Shown: one piece after another, positions 48,192 to 61,679 of the stretch
Layout: each line of letters starts with the position of its first letter
How positions within the stretch are numbered: position 1 is the first letter of the stretch
NCBI RefSeq assembly: GCF_964194155.1
Contig: NC_135903.1
Location: 34,038,001 to 34,102,000, forward strand
From: Cetorhinus maximus
Lineage: Eukaryota
Reading direction: 5' to 3'
Length of the DNA: 64,000 bases
The notes under the pieces: generated by a model
Told to the model about the DNA's origin: nothing
The model's database searches: none
What the model saw: only the letters and a program-made list of their open reading frames with translations
Translations under genes and position numbers: made by a program

Positions 48192-51100
48192 GAAAGATGT
48201 TTAGCACAGAATGGGAGCAATGAATATTTATTTTAAAAAACTTTTAACATGAAGCTATTTATATATATATTCGTAACAAATTTTATATTTTATGAGTCAC
48301 AATGAGTGACATGATTGGATTATTTATTTATTTTATTTATTCATTTATTTATTGATATTTATTGCTTTGAGATTTTCCCCTGATATAATCCTAACCCTTT
48401 AGTGGGTGGGGTGTGTGCTCTGGAATTTACTGGTAGGCTTTCAAGATATGGGTTTTCAGACCTATAAACCCTGGGCCGCACTGACCTTTCCATTTCTCCT
48501 CTCCTAAGTGGCCAACTTTTCAATCTATTTCAGCCACTGTAATTTATTGATCATTATTGTTGTGATGTCTTCATGTAATGAAATGTTACATGTTATTTAA
48601 TGTGTAATGTGAATTTTTAATGATAATTTATTTATTGATATTTATTAAGTGTTGGCGAACAGATAAATTTTTTTGTAACTGGCAATTTTATACACAATGA
48701 GAGCCTTTGCTACAAATAAATTGTTTTCAATATTACGCATTGAGTGGAATGATGTTCATTTTTCAATTCTGTCGTTTGGCTTTCCATACTCAGTGTAAAT
48801 GCTCTGGATTCTCTCACCTGCTGACTCTTCCTGTCAGCCCTTCTCTGTTCTCCTCTTCTGTCTTCACAATCAGATTTTCCCTCACCCATTGGAAATGTGA
48901 ACCTATTGTGAACCGAACTGCCCTGATTTATCATCTTTTAGCCCTCTGCTTCTCAACGCCACATTCCAGCTGCAAAGGAGAGAGGACTGAGCGTGACATT
49001 CAGGAGACAAGTGGAAAATAGAGGTATAAATTAGAAATGGACAGATGGAGAACTGGAATGGGTGGACATAGAAGATGACTGGAGTGTCAGCCTCTGTGAA
49101 TATATGGGGACATCAGACAATGGGGCTGAGAGTGACATCAGGTAATGAGTAGGAAGGAGAATGAGTGGAGAGTGGGGATGGAAATCTTTAGATTCACATG
49201 GTTGTTTACACCTTCAGAAAATCTGTATGATAAATACTGTCTGCATTACATTAGAACAGAAGAAAAAAGAGAAGTAGGCCATTTGGCCACTCAAGCCTGC
49301 TCCACCATGCAATAAGATTCCGACTGATTTGATTGTGGCCTTAAATCCATTCCCCTGCCTGCCACCTATAACCTTTGACTCCTTTGTTGATTAAATCGCA
49401 TCTAACTCAGACTTGAATATATTCAATAACACAACCTCCACTGTTCTCTGAGGTGGAGATTTAAAAGATTAATGACACTCGGCACAAAATAAATCCTCCT
49501 CATCTCCGTCTCACGTGCATATTGAAACTTTGGCCCCCAGTTACAGACTCCCCCAGAGAGGAAACACCTCAACATCTACACGGTCAAATTTCCTCACAAT
49601 CTTAAATGATTCAATGACATCACCTCTCATTCTTCAAAACCCGAAGGACTATAGGCTCAAACTGGTTAAGATTGCTCATAAATTCTCTTTCCAGGAATCA
49701 ACCTGGTCAACCCTCTCTGAAGTGTCTCTAATGCAAGTTAATCCCTGCTTAAATAAGGAGACCAAAGCTGTACATAGTACTCCAGGCCTGGTCTCACAAA
49801 TGGCCTCTAGAGTTGAATCAAAACTTCCCTACTTGTATTCTTCATCCTCTTTGCAATAAAGGACAACATACCATTTAACTTTCCAATTAATTGCTCTACC
49901 TGTTTGCTAAATTTTAATTGCTCAGGTCCAAGGACAACCAGGTTCGTCTGCACTGAAAGATTCTGTGTTCTTTCTCCATTTAAACAACATTCTGACTTTC
50001 TGCTGGGCACAGCAACGGCTAACTTGTGTCCTACATTACTTCAGTCACTATATATCTAAATAACTTTATAAGCTGCTGAGTGCTTTGAGACACCTGTGGT
50101 CAGGAAGGGCACAATGTGAATGCAAGCCTGTTTTGAAAAAAATATCATAGAGAAAGCTGGGCCTTCACACAAAACTGACCTCACTCCAGGGTGAATTTAT
50201 CAGCAGTGCAGTTGTTTACAGTCCTTCCAAAGGGCCCCAAAAAATAAACTGGATGATTTGGATTTGAGCACAGCAACAGACATGTGTTAAAAGATTTGCA
50301 AAGCAACTTTATTAATTTACAAAGACAATAACTATTGCATTCCAATTCCAAAAAAGTGGGGATGAACCACTCCAATTTCCATCACCATTAATTTCTACAA
50401 AACAGAAAACCGACCCCAAAAGTGGTATCAAGTTGTGTACGTCAGGAAGTCTACAACGCTCTAACCAACTTCAATATTTACTGTCCACCACCAACAAACA
50501 CTGGGGTCAGTGTGTATCATGTACATAGTGAACTGCAGGATCTCACCAAAGCCCCTTCAATGCCGCTTCCCAAACTGACGACTTCTACCACCCAGAAGAA
50601 CAAGGGTAGCAGGCGCAAGGGACCAGCAGAAAAGTTCGTTTCCCATTCAAGGGACAAGGATACTGACTTGGAACTATTTCCCATTTCTTCCCTTTTGCTG
50701 GCTAACACTCCTGGAAAACCCTTCCCAACACCCCTGTAAATTCACCTACACCACATGAACGGCAGCAGTTCAGGGGTTCAAGGGGGCGGTTTATCACCAC
50801 CTTCTGTTTTGTTTTAATCTCTACATTTTTGGCTAATGACGTCATTGACCTTTCGATGCCCTCCCTTTCTACTTCATTGAAAGGAGTCCAGTCTGCAACC
50901 ATAACATCTCCAGTTAAAAAGAGCCTCAATTGCTCCTTTTCTCACGAGGAAGCACTATTTAAGAGGAGATGGTGGCTGAGTGGTAGATTCCCAACTTTAA
51001 TAATTCATGGCCTAGGCTAATGCTCTGGGCACCTGAGTTCATGCCCCATCACACAGATGGTGGAATTTTAATTCAATCAATAAACGTGGAATATAACACT

Positions 51101-51505
51101 AGTCTCAGTAATACTGACCATGCAACTATCATGGATCTTTGTAAAACCCCTCTGATTCATAATACCTTTTAAGAAAGGAATCGTGCCTTCTGCACCTGGC
51201 TTGGATGACATGTCACTCTCAGCACATGGTCGAATCTTCACTGTCCTTTCAAATATTCAGTTCAAGGGACATTAGGGATGGGCATCTAATGCTGCCAGTG
51301 ATGCCCACATCCCATGAAAGAATAAAGGAAAAAAGAATCCTTGATTCAAATACACCTGCGCCAGATCCCCTTTAAACACACTAAAATTAAACCTCCCCCT
51401 TCTGAACATTTTTAGCTCTATTTGTATTTTGTTCTTTAACATAGTTTTTTCTAAAACTAAAGGTGAGCATGTCCTCTCTAATGTCATTCTCTACATTATA
51501 CACAG

Positions 51506-51952
51506 ACACAGGACAGGATCCAGATTGTCCATCAAACCCTGCGTCACATCAGTAAGATCTACAGCATGAACCTGGGTTCAGCCACATGGGCCCAGGACAA
51601 GCTGGAAAACCTCCGGCTTCTCCTGGATCGGCAGCTCGGTGAGCTGGAAGAATGTGTCAGGAAAGCAGGATCAGAGCACAAGATGAGGAGAAACTCCGCC
51701 ATTCACAATTACTTTAGGAAACTGGAAAAGTTTCTCAAACAGGAGCTAGGTCAATTGATAAATGACAATGTGATTGCTGGCATTTAGTTCATTTCACCAC
51801 ATTTAAATCTGCTCATTCTCTAATCGGTTACCCTGAATAACTTTCTTTTTCAGAAATTCAGTGACTGTGCCTGGGAAATAATCCGCACCGAGACCAGAGC
51901 CCGTTTACAACAGCTCCTTTTCATCATAGGACAAATCAGCAGAAGAAAGTGA
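51506..51952 (+). pseudogene. Orphan interferon exon 3 (51506-51745) + exon 4 (51854-51952) with mutated splice donor
   Basis: Exon 3 donor reads CTAGGT at 51746 instead of GTAGGT; lacks exons 1-2. Confidence 0.85.
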
Positions 51953-54900
51953 GAAAGACATCTTTAGCACAGACTGGGAACAAAGATTATTTATTTTAAT
52001 GGCTTTTAACATAAAGCTTTTTATATATATATTCGTAACATATTTTATATTTTATTGTACTGATGACAGAACAATGAGTGACATGATGGGATTATTTATT
52101 TTATTTGTTTATTTATTGATATTTATTGCTATGATATTTTCCCCTGATGTAATCCTAACACTTCAGTGGATGGGGTGTCTGCTCTGGAATTTACTGTCAG
52201 GCTTTCAAGATATGGGTTTGCAGACCTATAAACCCTGGGCCGCACTGACCTTTCCATTTCTCCTCTCCTAAGTGGCCAACTTTTCAATCTATTTCAGCCA
52301 CTGTAATTTATTGATCTTTATTGTTGTGATGTATTCATGTAATGAAATGTTACATGTTATTTAATGTGTAATGTGAATTTTTACTGATAATTTATTTATT
52401 GATATTTATGAACTGTTGGCAAACACATAAATTTATTTGTAACTGGAAAATTTTATACACAATGAGAGCCTTTGCTAAAATAAATTGTTTTCAATATTAC
52501 GCATTGACTGGAATGATGTTCATTTTCCAATTCTGTCGGTTGGCTTTCCATACTCAGTATAAATGCTCTGGATTCTCCCACCTGCTGCCTCTTCCTGTCA
52601 GTCCTTCTCTGTTCTCCTGTCCTTTCTCCACAATCAGATTTTCTCTCACCCGTTGGAAATGTGAACCTAGTGTGAACCGAACTGCCCTGATTTATCATCT
52701 TTTACCCCTCTGCTTCTCTACACCACATTCCAGTTCCAAAGGAGAGAGGCCTGAGCATGATGTTCAGGAGACAAGGTGAAAAGAGAGGCATAAATTAGAA
52801 ATGAACAGATGCAGAAATGGAATGGGTGGGCATAGAAGATGACTGGAGTGTCAGCCTCTGTGAATATATGGGGACATCAGACAGTTGGGTTGGGAGTGTC
52901 ATCAGGCAATGAATAGGGAGGAGAATGAGTGGAAAGTGGGGATGGAAATCTTTTGTTTCGCATGGTTGTTTACACCTTCTGAAAATCTGTATGATAAATA
53001 CTGTCTGCATTACATAAGTACAGAAGGAAAAAGAGATGTAGGCCACTTGGCCTCTCAGGCCTGCTCCACCATTAAATAAGATTCTGACTGATTTGATTGT
53101 GGCCTTAAATCCACTCCCCTGCCTGCCACCTATAACCTTTGACTCCTTTGTTGATCAATCCCATCTAACTCAGACTTGAATATATTTAATAACCCGACAT
53201 CCACTGTTCTCTGAGGTGGAGAATTTACAAGATTAATGACACTCGGCGCAAAAGTAATCCTCCTCATCTACGTTTCACGCGCATTTGCCCTATTTTGAAA
53301 CTGTGCTCCCCAGTTACAAATTCGCCCACAGTGGAAATGCCTCAACATCCACCCGGACAAATCTCCTCACAATCTTAAATGATTCAATGACATCACCTCT
53401 TATTCTTCAAAACTCGAAAAGAGTATAGGCTCAAACTGCTAAGATTGCTTCATAAACCAACTTCTCTTTCCAGGATTTAACCTGGTGAACCCTCTCTGAA
53501 GTGTCTCCAATGCAAGTTAATTCCTGCTGAAATAAGGAGAACAAAGCTGTACATAGTACTCCAGGCCTGGTCTCACAAATGGCCTCTAGAGTTGAAGCAA
53601 AACTTCCCTACTTGTATACTTCATCCTCTTTGCAATAAAGGACAACATACCATTTACCTTTCCAATTAATTGCTCGACCTGTTTGCTAAATTTTCATTGC
53701 TCAGTTCCAAGGACACCCAGGTCCCTCTGCACTGATAGATTCTGTGTTCTTTCTCCATTTAAACAACATTCTGATTTTCTGCTGTGCACAGCATAGGCTA
53801 ACTTGTGTCCTACATTACATCAGTCACTATATATCTAAAGTATTTTATAAGCTGCTTAGTGCTTTGAGACACCTGTGGTCAGGAAGGGCACAATGTGAAT
53901 GCAAGCCTGTTTTGATAAAAATATCATAGAGAAAGCGGGGCCTACACACAAAACTGCCCTCACTCCAGGGTGAATTTATCAGCAGTGCAGTTGTTTACAG
54001 ACATTCCAAAGGGCCCCAAAAAATAAACTGGATGATTTGGGTTTGAGCACAGCAACAGACATGTGTTAAAAGATTTGCAAAGCAACTTTATTAATTTACA
54101 AAGACAATAACTATTGCATTCCAATTCCAAAAAAGTGGGAATGAACCAATCCAATTTCCATCACCATTAAATTCTTCAAAACAGAAAACCGACCCCAAAA
54201 GTGGTATCAAGTTGTGTACGTCAGGAAGTCTACAACGCTCCAACCAACTTCAATATTTACTGTCCACCACCGACACACACTGGGATCAGTGTGTACCATG
54301 TACATGGTGAACTGCAGGATCTCAACAAAGCCCCTTCAACACGGCTTCCCAAACTGACGACTTCTACCAACCAGAAGAACAAGGGTAGCAGACGCAAGGG
54401 AGCAGCACCAAAGTTTGCTTCCCATTCAAGGGACAAGCATACTGACTTGGAACTATTTCCTATTTCTTCACTGTTACTGGCTAACACTCCTGGAAAACCC
54501 ATCCCAACACCTCTGTAAATTCACCTACAGCACATGAACGGCAGCAGTTCAGGGGTTAAAGGGGGCGGTTCATCACCACCTTCTGTCGGTTAATTAGGGA
54601 GGAGCAACAAATTCTGGCCTTTCCAGAGACGCCCACGCCCCTCAAGGAAGAAATGAAGCCTAATTATGCAAAAGTAGCTGTGAATGGGCGGCAGATTTTT
54701 GTAAGGTAAAAATGCACACGCTCCCGCAGGTCCTTCCTATTTCCCCTAATGTCACTCGCCAGTGCTTTTAATATTCTTCCTTCAGTTCCCTGACCCTCCT
54801 TCCGCCTCCGCTTTCAATAATTACAATTCCCACTGTTTTATTCGCCAATAACAGCATTGTTGTAAATTGTAGTTTCTCTCCAGTCTCCAGTTGGGGAATG

Positions 54901-55014
54901 TGGGATTCCGCTCCCACATCCACCCGGACGGTAGATTTTGGTCACACTTCCAGCTGAGAGGGATTTGGTGACATTTCCTATGTAGCCGGGCATTTACCGA
55001 ATACCCTAAAGCTT

Positions 55015-56063
55015 TTCCCAACTGCCCCTCACCCCTCTCAGTCTGATCCACCCTCTTTACATACCCTCCTCCCTTTCGGAAATGACAAAACACGTCACTT
55101 TCCTTCAGGCACTTTCGCTTTGGGATGAAATTGACACCAGGTTAATTTCCAGAAAGAAAGTGACACGGACACTTTCCCGGGAGAGAGACAAGAAAGAAAT
55201 GATGAAAGAAAAGAGAGCGGGATCACTTTCGGACTCAGAATCGGAGCAGATCAAATATTCTTTCAATCCGACTCTGAAAATGGCTCCAGAAAACAACCGA
55301 GAAATGAGAAACTTCTCCCAGTTAAAGAGCAGATTGTGGGACAGGTCAATCGGAGCGGAGTCTGTCCCCATGAAGCGGTGTCCCTGGGCTGTGAGCCGAG
55401 CTGTCTGCAATGTCCAACCTGTGAAGTGTGAACAGGACAAGCGCCAGGTGAACACACCGCGGGGACACAGTGGATTTCAAAGGGAATCGCTCTCCATGGG
55501 GCCCAATGTCAGCACTAAAAGCCGCCGCACCGGATCACCGCTGTCGCTCTCTCTATAATCCGGATGATAAAATCCAGCCCCCGATACATGTTCACACTGC
55601 CCCCAATTCAGAGCCTCCCTCTACACCACCTTCGTGCCCCAGGTGAGCTGAAGCCACACAACACTGAGCTGGAACCGAGCGCTGCCTGTGATTTTCAACC
55701 GGGGATTTTCCACTCGCTGCTTCCGGAATCTCCAGCTTTTACATTCCTGACCTCAGAAAGGAAACCGGACAAACTATTGATCTCCCGCAGCTCTTCCAAA
55801 AATCCTCGAGCCCGTTTTCACTTTTCGAATGTAATGCCACACATTAAAGCCGACAGCATGGCAGCGCCAGTGAGAGCACCGAGCAGACTCCACACTCACA
55901 CTCACACCGTTCGGCAGCACAGGCGCTCGCTCCCGGATCACAAGCGGCTCCGATTCGACTTTCCGAGTTTAAATCCGCTCGCAAGAACCGTTTTCGCCGC
56001 GGAACCACGAAGCCGCCGGTTTCTCATCTTTCACATCGGTGTTTCACTCTGGGTCGCTTGATC
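55015..56063 (+). promoter_or_regulatory. IFN promoter type A copy with 19 extra nt after the TATA-like box
   Basis: kB site at 55701-55711; extra TCGCAAGAACCGTTTTCGC at 55979-55997. Confidence 0.72.
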
Positions 56064-56195
56064 ATGGCTTTGGCGAGTATCTGGAGATTTTGGATGGTGT
56101 TGCTCTTCTTGTCCGGGACCCTCAGTCTGGGATGTGACAGGCTGCAGTTACAGCAAGTTCTCAACACAGAGACTCTCAGCATACTGAATGCAATG
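56064..56195 (+). CDS. Extra interferon exon 1 upstream of gene E; alternative first exon or truncated gene
   Basis: Intact 44 codons (...ETLSILNAM), GTGAGT donor, same downstream junction as the copy at 20794. Confidence 0.75.
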
Positions 56196-57820
56196 GTGAG
56201 TTGAACCCAAAACACCGAGTCGGTAATTATGTTGAGGGGAGAGAGGGAATCAGCCTCCAGGAGAGATTAAATCTGAATTTGGGTGAAGGAACAAATGGGA
56301 TCCGAGAGGAAACTGGAAAGCAGACATTGAGGAGGAGGGCGCTCAGTGACGGACGGAGCGGAATGTGACCCTGAAGGGGGAGAGGGGGCAAATCAGAGAC
56401 AGCCCATCAGTAACAACCATTCAGAATAATAGAGCCACTTTAAGGTCTCAAGGTGCCTCACGGGAATGTTATACAGCAACATTTGTTGTGGTGGGCACAG
56501 CAAGATTTCAAACTTTGCAGATGATACGAAGTTGGAAATGCTGTCGACAGTGACGGGGATGGTGTTGAACTTAAAAAGGACATAGACATGTTGGTGGATT
56601 GGGCAGACAAGCGGCAGATGAAGTTTAGTGCAGAGAAGTGTGAGGTGATAAGTTTTGGGAGGCAAGATAAAGTGAGACGGTACAAAATAAAGGGAGTGAC
56701 TCTACAGGAGGTGCAGGAACAGAGGGACCTCGGTGTATATGCGGATTGGTCAGTGAAGATGGCTGGGCATATTGAGAGAGCAGTTAATAAAGCATATACT
56801 AGCTTAGGCTTTATTAATCGTGGCATTGAGTAGAACAGAAAAGAGGTCATGTCGAACTTGTATAAGACACTAGTTAGGCATCATCTGGAATACTGTTCTG
56901 GGCACCATACTTGAGGAAAGATGTGAGGGTATTGGTGAAAGTACAGAAGAGATGCACAAGAATGATTCCCAGGATAATGAACTGTATCTACGCGGGAGGA
57001 TTGGAGAGGTTGTCAATGTTTTCCTTGGAGAAAAGAATGTGGAGATTAGGTTTAATTGAGGAACTCAAGATCCTGTGGGGTATGGACAGGGTAAATAATG
57101 AGAAACTGTCTCCACTAAAGCGAACATCAAGAAATATAGGGCAAAGGTTCAAAATAGTTGGCAAAATGAGTAAATGTGATGTGAGGAGCAATTTTTGAAC
57201 CCAGGATGTGATTGGAGCAAACTTCACACAGTGCTTTCAATATTTGAAAATGAGGATGAGAATTTTAAAATGAAGGTATTTCTTATCCAGGAGACTGACG
57301 CTGTGTTTTGTTTGATCTCCCTGAGGAGTGGCATGTCGAACAGAAATAGAAAGGGACCAAAAATAGATTCTTGGGGACACAGGGGCTAAACGTTGGGGCT
57401 GGGTGGGTGATGGTTGAGAAGAGATGCCATTCTGGGGGTTTATAGGCTGCATTTAGACAGTGGGAGCCAGGCAGTGTATCCCCAACCAGCAGGCCCATGG
57501 TGGAGAATGTTGAATTCTGATGTTCATGTCGAACATGTCAAAGGTTGCGGACAGGGCGAGAAGGAGGAGAACAGTTTACGTATGTCACGGGCATGTTGAA
57601 TGTAATTTATGAATTTATCTATCATCTTATGGAGATCTTGTGATGCAATGGGTCGGACCTGCTTTCAGGCAGAGAACTCAAGAACAACTACAGCCTTATA
57701 ACCTATCAATGTAACCAAATGCCCCTTCATTGCCCCCTTGATGTGAATCAGTTCAATTTGGAGGAAACATTATAATTTTCCCAAAATATTGTTAATACTT
57801 TTGATCAAAATTATAGAACT

Positions 57821-58228
57821 TTGAGCTGGAACCGAGCGCGTGTTGTGATTTTCTCTCGGGCATCTTCCAGTCACTGGTTCAGGAATCTCCAGATTTCAGA
57901 TTCCTTACCTCAGACAGGGAGCAGACAAACTCGTCCGCTCCTGAAGTCCTTCCAAAACTCCCGCAAGCAGATTTCACTTTTCGGGTGTAATAGCAACATC
58001 GCCAGTCCCCCCTCTTCACAGCGACAGCAACTCCCAGCACAATTCTCACACAAACATACACACACACACAGGACTGGACATTCAGGCGGTCGCTCCGGCT
58101 TCACAAGCGGCAGCATTTCCACGCCTGGTGTTTCATTCGCTTCAAAGGAAGTGTCTTTCGGAGTTGATCCCGGATCCAGTCAGTGTCTGATCCTCAGCTC
58201 GGGGTGTTTCACTCTGGGTCTCTTGATC
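57821..58228 (+). promoter_or_regulatory. IFN promoter type B copy
   Basis: Homologous to 22541-22943; IRF element near 57972-57982. Confidence 0.65.
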
Positions 58229-61200
58229 ATGGCTTTGGCGAGTATCTGGAGATTCTGGATGGTGTTGCTCTTCTTGTCCGGGACCCTCAGTCTGGGATGT
58301 GACAGGCTGCACTTACAGCAAGTTCTCAACACAGAGACTCTCAGAAAACTGAATGCAATGGTGAGTTGAACCTGCAGCCAGAGCAGGAGGTGAATCACAT
58401 TGTGTCCGCTTGCTGTGAAATGTCACATCAGGGGAAATGTTTTGCGATTTGTCATTTTGTGCAATGAATAGTCGGTGATTCTTCAGTATTTGAATTTATG
58501 GGGCTGATTGTAACAGTGATTGTTTTCCCCTCTCAGGGCGGACCCTTTCCCCGACACTGTATAAGACAGAGACTCTCACTGAAAACCAAACCCTTGAACC
58601 TGGTGAAACTCTCGAAGGAATTAGAGGTGAGTAAACACTCGGTTCATTTGATTCACACAGGGCTTTTATACAAAGTAAGATCAACAACCGGATCGGAAAC
58701 TTCCACATCAGGAATTTGGAACAGAGTGATTTGTACCCATTGTGAATGTAGGAGCAGTCTCACTTATTGTATTTCACTCACTATCTCACTCATGAACTAT
58801 ATCACTCTCTCTAACCGCACTCACTACCCCTTATCTCCAACTCTCTCCCTCCCTGATATTATGTCCCTCCCGCTAACTACCTGCTCTGGGAACCATCCGA
58901 CTGGATCTCCCATCTCCTTTTCCTGCAGGGCCTCTAGATTATTCCGTGCAGACCACTGCCTGATGGGCCTGTTGTCAAAGATGTTTCTCTGCCTAAACAT
59001 TTCTACACGGGATAGGTGGTGAGGCAAGTTCCAAAGGCTTCGAGTGTTCCCGACAACAAGGCCACTCCCATGCTTTACAACACCGGGGACAGGTTTAAAC
59101 TCAACACTTGCAGTTTGCGTTCAAAGGGTCCACGCACAGCTTGATGCAGCCAGACACAAATGTAGTCATCAGGATGAGGGCGATGTTGAGTGCGTTTTGT
59201 CCTCTGATCATTGACTTCGTGAAAACTTCTCAACTTTTCTCAACCTAACACCCTATAATTTTCTCACCGCCTCTAACCACCTCACTTCCTCTAAACATCT
59301 TATTCCCTGTAACAATTTGCCTCCCTCGAAACATCTCACTCCTGAGCTGCACTGAATGACTTTGGGGCATGAATCACGCAGGCAGGATAGGTCATAGGAT
59401 CATAGAATGATCCTGTGCTGAAGGAGTCCGATTGGGCAGAATGGTCTGTTTCTGTGCCACGTTTCCGATCAACTACCTGGTGGATAAATACGTTAGTAGG
59501 TACGCACTAACCAGCATTCATATATTCAAGAAAAATCACCTTTCCCAAACTTGATTGAGTTATGTGATAATGTAGCAGAGCGTCTTCATGAGATTAGTGC
59601 GCTTAATCTTCTGATGATGTCATCATACCTCTGCAGCACTTTGAATGAACGATTCAAATTAATCCCGCTTTCATCCCCCATTACAATGCAAAATTTTTCT
59701 CTGACTATTTATCCAATTCTCTCTTGAAAGTTATTATTGAATCTGCTTTTGCTGTTTTGTAAATCAATCCGTACGCACACTTTTAAAAGGCTAATCATCA
59801 GAAGATCCAGCGCACAATCCTCATCAACACTCTCTGCTACATTATCACTTAACACAATCAAGCTTGGTAAAGATAATTTGATGGTAAAGATGTCTCCCCA
59901 GAGATCATTGTGTCTGAAGGTTTCCCACCACCCAAAATGGACTAACTGGCCTGGAGTTGTTGGATTTATCCCTCTTCCATTTTTGAATGGGATGTAAGTA
60001 TTTGAAATCTTCTGGTCCGCTGCCATCATGTCCCTCATATCTAAAGAGGACTGGAGGAATGCGGCCAGAAGTGTTATTAAAACCCTTGCTTTCCTCAGCA
60101 ATCTCAGCTGTATTCCGTCCAGACCAGGTGACTTTCCCAACCTGAGTGCTGCCAATATTTTACGTACCTCCTCTTTATCTATTTTTATCCTGCCCAATTT
60201 CTCTACTCGCTCCCCCTTCACTGTGACTTTTGAAGCATCTGCTTGTGAAGTGAAGACAAATTCCAAGAATTGGTTTAGATCCTCCGCCATGTCCTTTGTA
60301 TCCCACAAGAAGATTTATTTTTTGCTCACTAATCATCACAAACAAACATTTATTTACATGCTTATTAAAGGTTTTTAGCTTCCCTCTTACGTGATCTGCT
60401 CATCAATTTTCATGCATTCTGTTTATTCCTCATTTCTTTTGATAACATTTCTCCATATTGGCTGCATTCAGCTTGGTTCCTCACTGTGCTAAGAGCCTAA
60501 TGTTTCACATAAGGCTTCGTTTTCTGTTTTGTTTTAATCTCTACATCTTTTGGCGATGACGTCATTGACCTTTCAACGCCCTTCCTTTCTGCTTCATTGA
60601 AAGGAGTCCAGTCTGCAACCATAACATCTCCACTTAAAAAGAGCCTCAATTGCTACTTTCCTCCCGAGGATGCACTATTTAAGAGGAGATGGTGGCTTAG
60701 TGGTAGATTCACAGGTTTAATAATTCATGACCTAGGCTAATGCTCTGGGCACCTGAGTTCATGCCCCATCACACAGATGGTGGAATTTTAATTCAATCAA
60801 TAAACGTGGAATATAACACTAGTGTCAGTAATACTGACCATGCAACTATCATGGATCTTTGTAAAACCCTTCTGATTCACTAATGCCTTTTAAGAAAGGA
60901 AACGTGACTTCTGCACCTGGACTGGATGACATGTCACTCTCAGCACATGGTCGAATCTTCACTGTCCTTTCAAATATTCAGTTCAAGGGACATTAGGGAT
61001 GGGCATCTAATGCTGGCTTTGCCAGTGATGCCCACATCCCATGAATGAATAAAGGAAAAAAGAATCCTTGATTCAAATACACCTGGGCCAGATCCCATTT
61101 AAACGCACTAAAATTAATCCTCCCCTTTTTGACCGATTTTAGCTCTATTTGAATTTTGTTCTTTAACATAGTCTGTACTAAAACTAAAGGTGAACATGTC

Positions 61201-61679
61201 CTCTCTAATGTCATTCTCTACATTATACACAGGCACAGGACAGGATCCAGATTGTCCATCAAACGCTGCGTCACATCAGCAAGATCTACAGCATGAACCT
61301 GGGTTCAGCCACATGGGCCCAGGACAAGCTGGAAAACCTCCGGCTTCTCCTGGATCGGCAGCTCGGTGAGCTGGAAGAATGTGTCAGGAAAGCAGGATCA
61401 GAGCACAAGATGAGGAGAAACTCTGCCATTCACAATTACTTTAGGAAACTGGAAAAGTTTCTCAAACAGGAGGTAGGTCAATTGATAAATGACAATGTGA
61501 TTGCTGGCATGTAGTTCATTTCACCACATTTAAATCTGCTCATTCTCTAATCGGTTTCCCTGAATAACTTTCTTTTTCAGAAATTCAGTGACTGTGCCTG
61601 GGAAATAATCCGCAATGAGACCAGAGCCCGTTTACAACAACTCCTTTTCATCATAGCACAAATCAGCAGAAGAAACTGA
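58229..61679 (+). CDS. IFN1: Type I interferon gene E, exons 58229-58360, 58537-58626, 61233-61472, 61581-61679
   Basis: Intact spliced ORF, GT-AG sites, CAWE motif. Confidence 0.92.

Larger units (their letters stand above)
22915..56210 (+). repeat. Higher-order tandem segmental repeat of about 11.3 kb (gene + orphan cassette + next promoter), 3 copies
   Basis: Exon-1 spacing 22944>34298>45641>56064 = 11354, 11343, 10423 nt; orphan exon-3 spacing 11344 and 10408 nt. Confidence 0.9.

Noticed and set aside
57821-58228. Long open frame continuous with exon 1b, suggesting an N-terminally extended or intracellular IFN
   Set aside because: It starts at TTG, has no upstream ATG, and the frame is not preserved in the paralog at 22541-22943.
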